From: Candidatus Acidiferrales bacterium
GTDB taxonomy: Bacteria; Acidobacteriota; Terriglobia; Acidiferrales; UBA7541
Direction: 5' to 3'
DNA: 64,000 bases
Assembly (NCBI GenBank): GCA_963741165.1
Contig: CAVUHB010000004.1
Span: 202,413-266,412 of the forward strand
Shown here: positions 31,867-42,129 of the stretch, piece by piece
Numbering within the stretch: the first letter of the stretch is position 1
Layout of the letters: each line of letters opens with the position of its first letter
Position numbers and translations under genes: made by a program
The notes under the pieces: generated by a model
The model's input: the letters and a program-made list of their open reading frames with translations, nothing else
Told to the model about the DNA's origin: nothing
Database searches by the model: none

Positions 31867-32480
31867 CGTTGACGAGTAGTTCTGTCCTCCCTCGAGGAGT
31901 TCGAAAGCGCTTCGGTAATTCTGGCGGTGAGAAGTTCGAGATCGCTTAAGGCGTTGCTGGCAGCGACGCGAGCCTTTTCCATAAACGAAGAATCCAGAAC
32001 AAACGCAGAGCGGTCGACAAACGGGTGGTTGGCGACCTCGAAGGGTTTGCGTCGGCGCTGCGGGGAAGCGGCACGCGCGACGATTTCCTCATACATCTGC
32101 AAGTCGGATTGAAAATCCAGGGCCTCACCGGCATTCCATTTTTGCCCTCGGGTCAGGGCAGAGATGTATCTTTGCCGGAACAGCGTTGCGTCTCTGCGGG
32201 CGAGCGGCTTCGGGTTTGCGGCAAGAGAGTTTGCGGCACCTTTGGTAACGAGTTCCATTGCTTTTGCGGAGATGGCGAGAAGAGCTTCGCGATGGAGAAG
32301 GGTAAGCAGATCACGGTAAAGCGCGGCATGGACTTGCAGGCCGTAGCGACTATGTTGTTCGACATAGGAATCGACAAAGCGGGGGACGATCCGCTCGCGG
32401 GTTAGGGCTTCACTGAGATGCTGGGCGAGCGTGGTTCCGAGGTCGGCCGGCGACGGTTTCGTTTTTGCGGTCGTGGGCAT
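31863..32480 (-). CDS. Hypothetical protein (all-helical, no recognised domain)
   Basis: ORF with coding-like composition. The ATG at 32480 was chosen because the upstream extension is Cys/Phe-rich and looks non-coding. No motif was recognised. Confidence 0.5.
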   Translation of the reverse strand: MPTTAKTKPSPADLGTTLAQHLSEALTRERIVPRFVDSYVEQHSRYGLQVHAALYRDLLTLLHREALLAISAKAMELVTKGAANSLAANPKPLARRDATLFRQRYISALTRGQKWNAGEALDFQSDLQMYEEIVARAASPQRRRKPFEVANHPFVDRSAFVLDSSFMEKARVAASNALSDLELLTARITEALSNSSREDRTTRQR

Positions 32481-32663
32481 GGTGGAATTCACATAGTAAC
32501 AGCAGTTGGGGGAATGTGATTCTGTACCAAGGGGCAGGAACGGATGGAACAAGACAAGGTGATCGATCTTGAAATCGGCACTGCCGTAAAGGTAGCGCGC
32601 TCGCCAGAAAGTCACCGCTACACACGGGGCGCGAAGTTCACTTTCCACTCGAGTCGAGTGACA

Positions 32664-32700
32664 AGAAAAGGCCCGGCGAGCGATTCGCCAGGCCTTTTTT
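32664..32700 (-). terminator. Rho-independent terminator downstream of lon (bidirectional shape)
   Basis: GGCCCGGCGA-GCGAT-TCGCCAGGCC (10-bp stem, one mismatch). It is flanked by AGAAAA and TTTTTT, which gives a U-tract on either strand. It lies 34 nt after the lon stop. Confidence 0.8.
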
Positions 32701-32733
32701 GCCCTACGGAGGGCGCTATGACTGCCTCTCGAT

Positions 32734-35154
32734 TTAGTGCACCGCCCGGGGGCTGTCGCCGGTGGCGGATTGCTGCGGCTCGGGCTCCGGGACTACCGGA
32801 GCGATGGGCTCTTTTTCGAGAGCGTGCTCCAGGACCTCGTCGAGCGTGCGGACGTAGGTTATCTTCAGATCGCCCAGAATTTCCGGCGGAAGATCGGCCA
32901 CGGCGTTGGGCTCGTTGTCGGCAGGAAGAAGAACGTGGGTGATCCCGGCGCGCTTTGCACCGAGCACCTTTTCCTTCACGCCGCCGATGGGCAGCACGAC
33001 GCCAGAGAGCGTCATTTCACCGGTCATTGCCAGACGATTTTTCACCGGGCGATTGGTGAGCAAGCTGACCAGCGAGGTAACCATCGCCGCGCCTGCCGAC
33101 GGGCCGTCCTTCGGAACCGCGCCGGACGGGACGTGGATGTGAATGTCCAGCTTGCGGAAGAAGTCCGGATCGATGCCGTAGCGTTCGCCGTTGGCACGAG
33201 TCCAGGTGAGCGCAGCAGTCATGGACTCCTGCATGACTTCGCCCAAGTGTCCGGTCATGGTGAACTGCTTGCCGCCACGCATCCTGCTGGCTTCGATGAA
33301 AACGATGTCGCCGCCGACCGGGGTCCAGACCAGGCCGACCGCTACACCGGGCTTCTTGACGCGCTCTTCGACTTCCCGTTCGGTGCGGAATTTCGGCACC
33401 CCGAGGAATTCGCGAACCACTTCCGGCGTGACCACCATCTTTTCGGTCTTGCCTTCAGCGATTTTGCGCGCCTGTTTTCGGACCAGTGTGGCAATTTCGC
33501 GTTCTAGATTTCGCACGCCTGCTTCTCGCGTGTAACTGTGAATGATTTCGCGCAGCCCTTCTTCGGTGAATTCCAGCTGCTCGCCTTCCTTGATTCCGTG
33601 CTCAGAAGCCTGCTTGGGGATCAGGTATTTGCGCGCGATATGAATTTTCTCTTCACCGGTATAGCCGGGCAGCTCGATGATTTCCATGCGGTCAAGCAGC
33701 GGGCCCGGGATGGGATCCATCCAGTTGGCGGTAGCGATGAAAATGACCTTCGAGAGGTCAAAGGGCACGTCGAGATAATGATCGCGGAATGTGCTGTTTT
33801 GTTCCGGGTCGAGAACTTCCATCAATGCCGAGGATGGGTCGCCACGAAAATCGCGACCGAGCTTGTCGACTTCGTCAAGCATGCAGACGGGGTCGTTCGA
33901 TTCGGCGCGTTTCAGACCCTGAATGATTTGGCCAGGCAACGCACCGATATAGGTGCGGCGATGGCCGCGGATTTCGGCTTCATCGTGCATGCCGCCGAGA
34001 GCGATGCGCACGAACTTACGCCCGAGGGAGCGGGCGATCGATTTGCCGAGCGAAGTTTTACCCACGCCCGGAGGCCCCACGAAGCAAAGTATGGGACCCT
34101 TCATTTCCGGCTTGAGTTTCTTGACGGCCAGATAATCCAGGATGCGTTCTTTCACCTTCTGCAGATCGTAGTGATCTTCGTCCAGGATTTCATGCGCCTT
34201 GGTGATATCGATTTCCGCGCTACCGGAAGATTTGGACCACGGCAGCGAAGTCATCCATTCGAGATACGTGCGCGAAACCATGTACTCGGCTGAGGCGGGC
34301 GTCATCTTCGACAAGCGCTTCAGCTCGCGTTCGCACTCTTTCTTGGCTTCGACGGTCATGCCGGCTTCTTCGACTTTCTTGCGGAGTTCGTCGATTTCGG
34401 CACCAGCGTCGTCGATTTCACCCAATTCCTTTTGGATAGCCTTCATCTGCTCGCGCAGCAGGTATTCGCGCTGGTTCTGGCTGACCTGCTCCTGCACCTG
34501 CTCGTTGATCTTGCTGCGAAGCTCGAGTACTTCGAGTTCTTTGGAAAGCTCGCGAATGAGCATTTCCAAACGCTTGCGTACGCTCGAGGTTTCGATCAAT
34601 TCCTGGCGCAGCAGCGTCGAAAGACTGGGCAGCGTGCCGGCAATAAAGTCGGACAAGCGGCCGGGGTCGTCGATGTTCATGGCAACGTTTTGCAGATCGT
34701 CGGACAATTGCGGCGAGTGACTGACTACATCGCGGAACAGGTCTTGCGCGTTGCGCTCGAGTGCTTCGAGTTCATTGTCGTCGTCACCCAGAATGTCAGG
34801 TTCCGATTCAATCGCTGCGCGCAGGAACGGACGCAGGCTGAGCAGTTCGTTAATCCGGATGCGTTGCAGGCCTTCGAGAAAGACCACCACGTTGCCGTTC
34901 GGCATCTTTACCGTTTTGTGGACTTTCGCAAGCGTGCCCACCTTATGGAGATCGGCGGCGGCGGGATCCTCGATCCGGGGATCGAGCTGGGCCACAACCC
35001 CCAGCAACTTCTCATCGCCGGCAAGCGAGTTGACCAGAGCGAGAGAACTCTCTCGACCTACCGTCAGCGGCAGAACCGCTCCAGGAAACAGAACGGTGTC
35101 CCTGACCGGCAGGATCGCCAGTGTTTCCGGAACAATGTGTTTTTTATCAGCCAT
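32734..35154 (-). CDS. lon: ATP-dependent Lon protease
   Basis: LON N-domain (LAILPVRDTVLFPG), Walker A GPPGVGKTS, Walker B CMLDEVDK, and a protease domain with PKDGPSAG. Confidence 0.97.
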   Translation of the reverse strand: MADKKHIVPETLAILPVRDTVLFPGAVLPLTVGRESSLALVNSLAGDEKLLGVVAQLDPRIEDPAAADLHKVGTLAKVHKTVKMPNGNVVVFLEGLQRIRINELLSLRPFLRAAIESEPDILGDDDNELEALERNAQDLFRDVVSHSPQLSDDLQNVAMNIDDPGRLSDFIAGTLPSLSTLLRQELIETSSVRKRLEMLIRELSKELEVLELRSKINEQVQEQVSQNQREYLLREQMKAIQKELGEIDDAGAEIDELRKKVEEAGMTVEAKKECERELKRLSKMTPASAEYMVSRTYLEWMTSLPWSKSSGSAEIDITKAHEILDEDHYDLQKVKERILDYLAVKKLKPEMKGPILCFVGPPGVGKTSLGKSIARSLGRKFVRIALGGMHDEAEIRGHRRTYIGALPGQIIQGLKRAESNDPVCMLDEVDKLGRDFRGDPSSALMEVLDPEQNSTFRDHYLDVPFDLSKVIFIATANWMDPIPGPLLDRMEIIELPGYTGEEKIHIARKYLIPKQASEHGIKEGEQLEFTEEGLREIIHSYTREAGVRNLEREIATLVRKQARKIAEGKTEKMVVTPEVVREFLGVPKFRTEREVEERVKKPGVAVGLVWTPVGGDIVFIEASRMRGGKQFTMTGHLGEVMQESMTAALTWTRANGERYGIDPDFFRKLDIHIHVPSGAVPKDGPSAGAAMVTSLVSLLTNRPVKNRLAMTGEMTLSGVVLPIGGVKEKVLGAKRAGITHVLLPADNEPNAVADLPPEILGDLKITYVRTLDEVLEHALEKEPIAPVVPEPEPQQSATGDSPRAVH

Positions 35155-35387
35155 GTCGTAAACCCCCAAGCCAACCAAAAAGCGTCAGCGAGATGCCCGC
35201 CTTGGAACATTAGATGCAGGAGGTAGGGAAAGGGTGCTCACTTCTGCAACGGCTTGCTGCAATTAACTTTAGTCCATAACACTCACATTCTACCGTAATT
35301 GACCTGGTGGTGCAAATATGGCCGTACTTCATTTAAAATATAGAAAATAGCTGAGTACTGGGCGGATATTGGACGGCCCCAGCAGTG

Positions 35388-36725
35388 CTACCGGCCGCTG
35401 CTGTCCTCGGAATAGGTACGTTTCACGAGCGAAATCGCTTCATCCCGGGTATGGATCAGGCCTTCCAGCTGAGCGTCTTCGAGGGCGGTCAGGATACGCT
35501 GGAAACCCGGCCCTGGACTATAACCCATATCCTTTAGATCGTCCCCGGTCAATAGTCTAAGAGGGCGAACCTGTTCCGGAGGGGTATCGGCAAGGAGTTT
35601 CTGGACGGTCTCATAAGCGTCGAGCTTGCCGTGGCTGGCCCCGCAATCGAGGCGGTGCAGTTCGAGATGTTCCCTGAAGCGGGGCTGGCGGACGAAACGC
35701 TTGAGGGTGGATTGCCGCATGTTGGCGACATCCTTGAATTTCATGTGGTTGGCGACTAAGGCTTTCACCTGGTCGGTATCTTCATTCGAGAGATGCAGAC
35801 GTTTGCAGATGGCCCCGGCCATCGGGACGCCGACCTCGACATGACCGTCGAAGCGGATCCTGTCGCCGGTAGTAGCGGCCGAGCGAAAGGTCGGGGGCTT
35901 GCCCACGTCATGGAGGAGAACCCCCCAAGCAAGTGCCGGAGTCGCGTCGGCCGTCAGGCCTTCGAGCATCATGCGTGTGTGCATCCAGACGTCACCTTCG
36001 GGATGGTATTGCGGCGGCTGCTCGACACCCTTCATCGCGGAAACTTCCGGCAACAATTCCTTAAGCAGGCCGGACTGCTCGAGGAGCTCAAACCCGAGCC
36101 GGGCTCGGCCTTCGGTCAGGAGCTTGGTGAGCTCGTCGCGAATGCGTTCGGCCGAGACCGCGTGAATCTCGGTGGCATGAGCCTTTATCGCGGCAAACGT
36201 TTTTTCCTCGATAGGAAACCGGAAGCGCGCGGCGAAACGGATGGCGCGCAACATGCGGAGTTTGTCTTCGCGGAAACGGCGGCCGGGTTCCCCAATGGCG
36301 CGAAGGAGGCCATTTTGAAGATCGGCCCGACCACCCACGTAATCGAGGACCTCCTCGGTATCGTGACGCATGAGCAGCCCGTTGATCGTGAAGTCCCGGC
36401 GCGAAACGTCTTCCTCGGGAGTCTTTGCGTAAGCGATTTGATCGGGATGGCGACCGTCCGAGTAGCCAAGGTCGCAACGAAATGTGGCCACCTCGACCGT
36501 CGATTCCTCCTGCGGGACGAGCACAACGCCGAACTGAGCACCAATGCCGAGGCTACCGGGAAACAGTTGCATCACCAGTTCGGGCGTGGCATCGGTTGTG
36601 ACGTCATAGTCGGCAGGAGAGCGACCGAGCAAAAGGTCTCGCACACAGCCGCCTACCAGCAGAGCCTGGTAGCCGTGTCGGTTGAGGATTTCGCAAATCG
36701 AATTGGCGAGTTTTCTTCCTGTCAC
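35388..36725 (-). CDS. cca: CCA-adding tRNA nucleotidyltransferase with HD domain
   Basis: LLVGGCVRDLLLG, DYDVTT, RDFTINGL and the HD block VLLHDVGK. The GTG at 36725 gives a canonical N-terminus. The listed ORF extends to a TTG at 36818 and overlaps the upstream gene. Confidence 0.88.
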   Translation of the reverse strand: MTGRKLANSICEILNRHGYQALLVGGCVRDLLLGRSPADYDVTTDATPELVMQLFPGSLGIGAQFGVVLVPQEESTVEVATFRCDLGYSDGRHPDQIAYAKTPEEDVSRRDFTINGLLMRHDTEEVLDYVGGRADLQNGLLRAIGEPGRRFREDKLRMLRAIRFAARFRFPIEEKTFAAIKAHATEIHAVSAERIRDELTKLLTEGRARLGFELLEQSGLLKELLPEVSAMKGVEQPPQYHPEGDVWMHTRMMLEGLTADATPALAWGVLLHDVGKPPTFRSAATTGDRIRFDGHVEVGVPMAGAICKRLHLSNEDTDQVKALVANHMKFKDVANMRQSTLKRFVRQPRFREHLELHRLDCGASHGKLDAYETVQKLLADTPPEQVRPLRLLTGDDLKDMGYSPGPGFQRILTALEDAQLEGLIHTRDEAISLVKRTYSEDSSGR

Positions 36726-36793
36726 GATTTGATTATGCGACAGAATGTAGGTAAAGCGCTCTGAGAATTCAATTTCAGTTGCGAGGGGAAAAG

Positions 36794-37957
36794 TTAGTGG
36801 CAGCAGAGTACCAGGCAAGTGATGTCATCCGACTGCCGGGTGGCGCCGACGAAATCGTCGACCTGCTTCATAAGGAACTGGAGCGTTTCCTTGGCGGAAA
36901 GAGTCGGAAGTGCACGAACGACAGAAACCCAGCGCTCGTCGGAAAATTCCTGGAGGGATGAGTTGAAGGCTTCGACAACACCGTCGGTGAACAGGATGAG
37001 CGTGTCGCCTGGCGCTAGAAAGATTTCTCTGGAAACGAAAACTGCCTCGCGCGTGATTCCGAAGGGTACGCTTCCGGATTCAAGACGTTCGATCCCACCA
37101 TTCGCGCGACGAACGACCGGAGCGTTATGCCCTGCGTTTACGTAGGAGAAACGGCGCGTGACTGGCTCGAATTCGCCGATGACGGCGGTCGTGAAGCGTC
37201 GTCCGTCAAGGCTGTGCGCCGAGGCGTAGTGGTTCAATCGCTTGGCGAGTTCGGCGAGCGGAAAACCTTCGGAGGCGATGGTATGCAGGCTGGCCTGCAA
37301 GGTAGCCATCAGCAGCGCGGCAGGAACACTTTTGCCGGCAACATCGGCCATGACGAGCATGAGCTTTCCGCCCGCGGCCGCGTTATTGTCGGGATAAAAG
37401 GCGTCGTAGTAGTCGCCCGCGACCGAGTTTTGCGGCCGAGTGGAGAAAGCGACATCCGCGTCCTTGATCAGAGGAGGATCGGAGGGGACCAGCCAGGACT
37501 GTATTTCGCGTGCGATTTCAAGATCCCGCTTCATGATGACTTTGTCGGCCAGTTCCAGTGAGAGAAGGAGCAAAAAGAGGAGCGCAGCAAGAAATTCGAA
37601 GTTCAGCTCGAAGGAAGACCCGTCACTCGAGTGAACTTTGACGGAAGAGACAAACAGCAGGGCAATCGCGACAAGGAGAAGTACGCGGCGCGCCGGAGAA
37701 AGCTTGCCTAGCAGGGCCCAGAAGAATTGTTTGAGGATCGGGAAGGGGCGCTTCCAGCGGGGAAGCTTCGAGATCTGTTCCCAGTCGACATCTTTCCCGT
37801 AGAAACCATAACTCGACTGGGCATCGGCCGCGAATTGCGACCACAGGTCATCGATGGCGCGGCCTTCACTCACGCGTTGCCAGAAATCCCGGAGCGAGCC
37901 GCGGAGACCTCTGCCGGGAACCGGAGCCTGCGACGTCGGAGGGGCGGAGACACTCAT
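36794..37957 (-). CDS. PP2C-family (SpoIIE/RsbU-like) Ser/Thr phosphatase with two N-terminal TM helices
   Basis: GDYYDAF, MADVAGKSVPAALLM, YVNAGHN and ILFTDGVVEA blocks, with a DDITCLVL C-terminus. Confidence 0.85.
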   Translation of the reverse strand: MSVSAPPTSQAPVPGRGLRGSLRDFWQRVSEGRAIDDLWSQFAADAQSSYGFYGKDVDWEQISKLPRWKRPFPILKQFFWALLGKLSPARRVLLLVAIALLFVSSVKVHSSDGSSFELNFEFLAALLFLLLLSLELADKVIMKRDLEIAREIQSWLVPSDPPLIKDADVAFSTRPQNSVAGDYYDAFYPDNNAAAGGKLMLVMADVAGKSVPAALLMATLQASLHTIASEGFPLAELAKRLNHYASAHSLDGRRFTTAVIGEFEPVTRRFSYVNAGHNAPVVRRANGGIERLESGSVPFGITREAVFVSREIFLAPGDTLILFTDGVVEAFNSSLQEFSDERWVSVVRALPTLSAKETLQFLMKQVDDFVGATRQSDDITCLVLCCH

Positions 37958-37980
37958 GGTGGAAGTATACGGTAGATGGA

Positions 37981-39213
37981 TTAGCGCGGTTCGTCTTTTC
38001 GAACCGAGCCGCCGAACTGTACGCTTCCAAAACCGAATTTGTCGCGGAGCTTGTCGGTGGCCTGAGTTAATTTTTCCAACTTTTCGCGGCGTGATGGTTC
38101 GAGGAGATCGAGCTGCTCGGGACCGTGGGACAACGCGCTGAGAGCGACGCCCAGAAGGCGGACTTTCTGCCGGGGATCGCGATGCTCGCGGAACAATTGC
38201 AGAAAAACAGCGAAAATGTCGGCGTCGAGCCGAGCTGGCCCGGGCATGGTGTGCGAGCGAGTGTAGGTTTCAAAACCCGCATAACGAATGGTCAGCGTGA
38301 CGGTGCGCACGGCGAGGCCGGCTTCGCGCAGGCGCTTGCAGGCTTTTTGGGAGAGATGGCTGAGCAGCGATTCCATTTGCGGAACATCGGTAGTGTCTTC
38401 GGCGAAGGTGTGATTGTGCGAGATGGATTTCGGCGGCGCGTCGAGAAGGAATTCGTACGCATCGCCGCCGCGGGCTTTGCGGTAGAGGGCAGTTCCCCAC
38501 TGGCCAAATATTTTTTCGAGTTTTTCCTGCTGATGAGCGGCGAGCTGCTCGACGGTTTGAATGCCCAGGGCGACAAGGGCGCGTTCGGTGACCTCCCCAA
38601 TGCCGGGAATTTTGCGAACCGGCAGCGGCCGAAGAAAGCGCGCTTCCATGCCGGGAGCGACCCACACAAGTCCGCGCGGTTTTGCTTGATCGGAGCCGAC
38701 TTTGGCGACCAGACGCGTCGTCGCAAGGCCGCCCGAACAGGGAAGTCCGGTTGTTTGGGTGATCGTGCGCAAAAGCTTGTCGGCGGCGGCGAAGGGAGGG
38801 CCGTGAAGGCGCTCGGTGCCGGAGAGATCGAGATAGGCTTCATCGACGGAAACCATTTCGACAATGGGACTGAACTGGCCGAGGATGGTGGCGATGCGAT
38901 CGCTCCATTCAGAATACTTTTCATGATGGCCATCGAGGAAAACAGCGTGAGGGCAGAGCCTGGCAGCGGTGCGTAAGGGCATCGCGGAGTGGATGCCGAA
39001 TTTGCGGGCTTCATAACTCGCGGCCGAGACTACCCCACGCTGGTCCGGGCGGCCGCCAACTACGACTGGTTTGCCGCGAAGGTCGGGGCGATCCAGCAGT
39101 TCGACCGAGACAAAGAACGCGTCCATGTCCACGTGGAGTATGGTCGAGTGGAGCGGTAGGTCGCACTCGTCGAGGTGATCGTGTTTGGCGCGGAATCGGG
39201 CCAGGTCCGGCAT
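37981..39213 (-). CDS. dinB: DNA polymerase IV
   Basis: ILHVDMDAFFVSVE, SVDEAYLDLSG, IPGIGEVTE; a Y-family polymerase. Confidence 0.93.
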   Translation of the reverse strand: MPDLARFRAKHDHLDECDLPLHSTILHVDMDAFFVSVELLDRPDLRGKPVVVGGRPDQRGVVSAASYEARKFGIHSAMPLRTAARLCPHAVFLDGHHEKYSEWSDRIATILGQFSPIVEMVSVDEAYLDLSGTERLHGPPFAAADKLLRTITQTTGLPCSGGLATTRLVAKVGSDQAKPRGLVWVAPGMEARFLRPLPVRKIPGIGEVTERALVALGIQTVEQLAAHQQEKLEKIFGQWGTALYRKARGGDAYEFLLDAPPKSISHNHTFAEDTTDVPQMESLLSHLSQKACKRLREAGLAVRTVTLTIRYAGFETYTRSHTMPGPARLDADIFAVFLQLFREHRDPRQKVRLLGVALSALSHGPEQLDLLEPSRREKLEKLTQATDKLRDKFGFGSVQFGGSVRKDEPR

Positions 39214-39306
39214 GTGGGTAGACTACGACGTTCAAGCGTGAGGTTGAAGAGTAAAGATTAGGCCCAAGGGCAAAGTCCGGAGTCAGTGCGGCACTCGTCC
39301 TGGGAA

Positions 39307-40209
39307 CTACCGACGTTCGGCCGAAAGGACGCGGTCGATGCCGGAAAGGTCTTTGGTGACGCCGAGATTTGTCCAGGTGGAGCGGTCCAGGAGGGGTTGC
39401 ACAGCGGGGAGGCTGCTGTGGCCTAGCTCGAGGACGAGCAAACCCCCGGATTTTAGTTGCTGCGCGGACTCGAGAATCAAGTCGGCGTATAGTTCGTAGC
39501 CCTCGGGGCCGCCAAAAAGAGCTTGCCTGGGTTCGTACTCGCGGACTTCGATCGAGAGAGAATCCGATTCGTTCAAACCGACGTACGGGGGATTGCTGAC
39601 GATTAGTTCGAAGCGTTCGGAGGGCAAGGACTGCAGCAGATTCGAAGCTACGAACCGGATGCGACGGGCGAAGCCCAGACGCGCTGCGTTCTGTTTGGCG
39701 AGTGCGAGAGCTTTTACGGAAATATCTGTGGCAAAGACAGTTGCAGCAGGGAGTTCTTTCGCCAGGGCGACGGCGATGCATCCGCAGCCGGTGCCGATAT
39801 CGACTAGCGTCAGATTTTCGCCCGTGAGACGAGGATCACGACCGGCGCGGACTTCCCTTACGGCAAGGCGATCTAGGGCAACTTCGACCAGATGCTCGGT
39901 TTCCGGGCGGGGGATCAGGACATCGGGAGAAACCGTGAATTCGAGGCCCCAGAATTCCTGCTTGCCCACTAGATACTGCGTTGGTTCGCCGTTTGTGCGA
40001 CGGCGGATGAGCGTAAAAAAGCGTTCCACTTCCTCGGGCGGCAAAAGTTCTAGAGGATGCGAATAGATCCAGGTGCGATCGCGACCTGTCGCGTGGAGCA
40101 ACAGGAGTTCCGCCGCCAGCGTGTCGGAAGGCACGTGCGCGTCGCGGAGGAGCTCAATGCCACGCCGCAGAAGGCTGCGGACGGACTCGCCCGTGGAAGC
40201 GTCCGTCAT
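39307..40209 (-). CDS. prmC: Release-factor glutamine N5-methyltransferase
   Basis: PLELLPPEEV..FF, PTQYLVGKQEFWG, VDIGTGCGCIAV and IVSNPPYV (NPPY). The ATG overlaps the upstream stop (ATGA). Confidence 0.92.
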   Translation of the reverse strand: MTDASTGESVRSLLRRGIELLRDAHVPSDTLAAELLLLHATGRDRTWIYSHPLELLPPEEVERFFTLIRRRTNGEPTQYLVGKQEFWGLEFTVSPDVLIPRPETEHLVEVALDRLAVREVRAGRDPRLTGENLTLVDIGTGCGCIAVALAKELPAATVFATDISVKALALAKQNAARLGFARRIRFVASNLLQSLPSERFELIVSNPPYVGLNESDSLSIEVREYEPRQALFGGPEGYELYADLILESAQQLKSGGLLVLELGHSSLPAVQPLLDRSTWTNLGVTKDLSGIDRVLSAERR

Positions 40210-40757
40210 CCGAATAGATGTTCCTTCTGACGGCCGCTGGCTTCGACCGAGCCGTAGGCAATGCCATTTCCGGCAAACGCGTGACGCGCGACGGCTACCC
40301 CGCCGAGCGCGGATTCACCGATCGCAACACCACCCAGGGCACGCCAGCCAAGTGCTATGCCTCCGAGGGTAAAGAGGCCAATGGAAACGCCGCTGATCGC
40401 AACCGCGCCGATGGCGACTCCTCCGAATGCGAAAACGCCAACGGCGATTCCGCCGAAAGCGATAAGGCCGGTAGCGCGTCCGCCGATCGCAATAATTCCG
40501 TGAGCGGTGTAGCCGTAGGAGAGCAGCGGGAGGCCGGCGATCTGCGTAGATGAGTTGTAGAGGTAGTCCTTTGAGAGAGCGACGGCGGTCACGAAATGGG
40601 TGAGCGCGATGCAGGCGATCATGTAGACGATAAAGAAAGCCCAGAAGGGCATCATGACGCGACGCGTGCGTTCGGGGTCGGTGAGCGATTCACTGATGTT
40701 GCGCATCCAGGCTGGACCTGATTTGGAACCCGGGCGAATCAACATGGTTCCCTCCAT
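40206..40757 (-). CDS. Membrane protein with hydrophobic 5-residue (GxxAh) repeat array, function unknown
   Basis: One clear TM helix (PFWAFFIVYMIACIALTHFVTAVAL), then about 17 consecutive pentads (GGIAV GVFAF GGVAI GAVAI SGVSI GLFTL GGIAL GWRAL GGVAI GESAL GGVAV ...). It sits between prfA and prmC and is translationally coupled to prmC. Confidence 0.65.
   Translation of the reverse strand: MEGTMLIRPGSKSGPAWMRNISESLTDPERTRRVMMPFWAFFIVYMIACIALTHFVTAVALSKDYLYNSSTQIAGLPLLSYGYTAHGIIAIGGRATGLIAFGGIAVGVFAFGGVAIGAVAISGVSIGLFTLGGIALGWRALGGVAIGESALGGVAVARHAFAGNGIAYGSVEASGRQKEHLFG
40248..40502 (-). repeat. Coding 15/30-nt periodic repeat (pentapeptide-like GxxAh array)
   Basis: The periodicity is read directly from the translation of 40206..40757, aa 86-170. 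Confidence 0.7.
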
Positions 40758-40772
40758 TCTCGGATACCGACA

Positions 40773-41864
40773 TTATGCCTCGGAAAGCTCGGCTTTGAGT
40801 CGCGCCGCTTCGTAGTGGGTGACCGTGGCGTCGATTAGCGGAGCCATCTTGCCTTCCATCACCTCGCTTAGCTGGTGAATGGTCAGAGCAATGCGGTGAT
40901 CGGTGATGCGATTCTGCGGATAGTTGTAGGTGCGGATTTTTTCAGAGCGATCACCGGTCTTGATCTGGCCTTTGCGCTCCGCACTGAGCGCGGCCTGCTG
41001 CTTTTCGATTTCCATTTCATACAGTCGGGCGCGGAGTACGCGCATGGCCTTCGCACGATTCTTGATTTGCGATTTTTCGTCCTGCTGGGAGACAACCAGG
41101 CCGCTCGGAAGGTGGGTGATGCGCACGGCGGAGTAGGTGGTGTTGACCGACTGCCCCCCGGGACCGGAGGAACAAAAGGTGTCGACGCGGAGATCTTTGG
41201 CTTCGATCTTGATGTCGACTTCATCTGCTTCGGGGAGGACCGCCACGGTGGCTGCAGAGGTGTGGATGCGGCCCTGTGTTTCCGTGGCCGGCACACGTTG
41301 TACGCGATGGACGCCACTTTCATATTTCAGCTTGGAGTACACCTTGTTGCCCTGAATGGCGGCGATGACTTCCTTGAGGCCTCCGATAGAAGAGGGCGAA
41401 CTTTCCATGATTTCCACCTTCCAACCCTGCGATTCGGCATAGCGGTTGTACATGCGGAATAGGTCAGCGGCAAACAGGGCGGCTTCGTCGCCGCCCGTGC
41501 CGCCTCGGATTTCGACAATTACGTTCTTCTCGTCGTTGGGATCTTTGGGGAGCAGGAGCAGTTTCAGTTCGCGCTCGACTTGTTCTTTGCGCAGAAGGAG
41601 TTGCTTCTCCTCTTCCTGGGCCAGGTGCTTCATTTCCGGATCTTCGGCTTCGAGAACCATTTCGTGAGCCCCGGCGAGGTCTTTTTCAATCTGCTTGAAC
41701 TCGCGATGTTTCTCGACGATCTGCTGGAGGTCGGAGTGCTGCTTGGCGAGCTTCTGGAACTTTGCCGAGTCGGTAACGATTTCGGGCGTGGAGAGCTGCT
41801 CGGTCATCTCCTGATAACGGAGGTCCAGCTGGTCGAGCTTTTCGGTGAGAGTGAGGGCAGCCAT
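40773..41864 (-). CDS. prfA: Peptide chain release factor 1
   Basis: RF1-specific PAT tripeptide ([10 protein letters not shown]) and the GGQ motif ([11 protein letters not shown]). Confidence 0.97.
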   Translation of the reverse strand: MAALTLTEKLDQLDLRYQEMTEQLSTPEIVTDSAKFQKLAKQHSDLQQIVEKHREFKQIEKDLAGAHEMVLEAEDPEMKHLAQEEEKQLLLRKEQVERELKLLLLPKDPNDEKNVIVEIRGGTGGDEAALFAADLFRMYNRYAESQGWKVEIMESSPSSIGGLKEVIAAIQGNKVYSKLKYESGVHRVQRVPATETQGRIHTSAATVAVLPEADEVDIKIEAKDLRVDTFCSSGPGGQSVNTTYSAVRITHLPSGLVVSQQDEKSQIKNRAKAMRVLRARLYEMEIEKQQAALSAERKGQIKTGDRSEKIRTYNYPQNRITDHRIALTIHQLSEVMEGKMAPLIDATVTHYEAARLKAELSEA

Positions 41865-42129
41865 GTTTGATCCTTCTTAGGTTAGTTATCCGTTTTACGG
41901 GAAGAGCAGACGCAACAAATCGTGTTATGTGTGGCTTTTTGAGGAAAAGGAAATCATGCCCCGGTGGTCGGGGCAACAATCGGGGCCGCTAATAGAAGGT
42001 GGCGTACATTGGAGTTTCTGGTATCTAGAATATCGCGGAAATGCCAGGGGTGCAATTGAGGTGGGAGGCGTTGCTGAGGGGCCGAGGGTGTACTAGGATG
42101 CAACGAAGCGGAGAGGGACGGGCCAGAAA

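Noticed and set aside
37988-38008. The hairpin CGGTTCG-TCTTT-TCGAACCG has a tRNA T-arm-like GGTTCGAA string.
   Set aside because: It lies inside the last codons of dinB. It has no cloverleaf context and the loop lacks the T-loop consensus. No tRNA-like structure was found elsewhere in the window.
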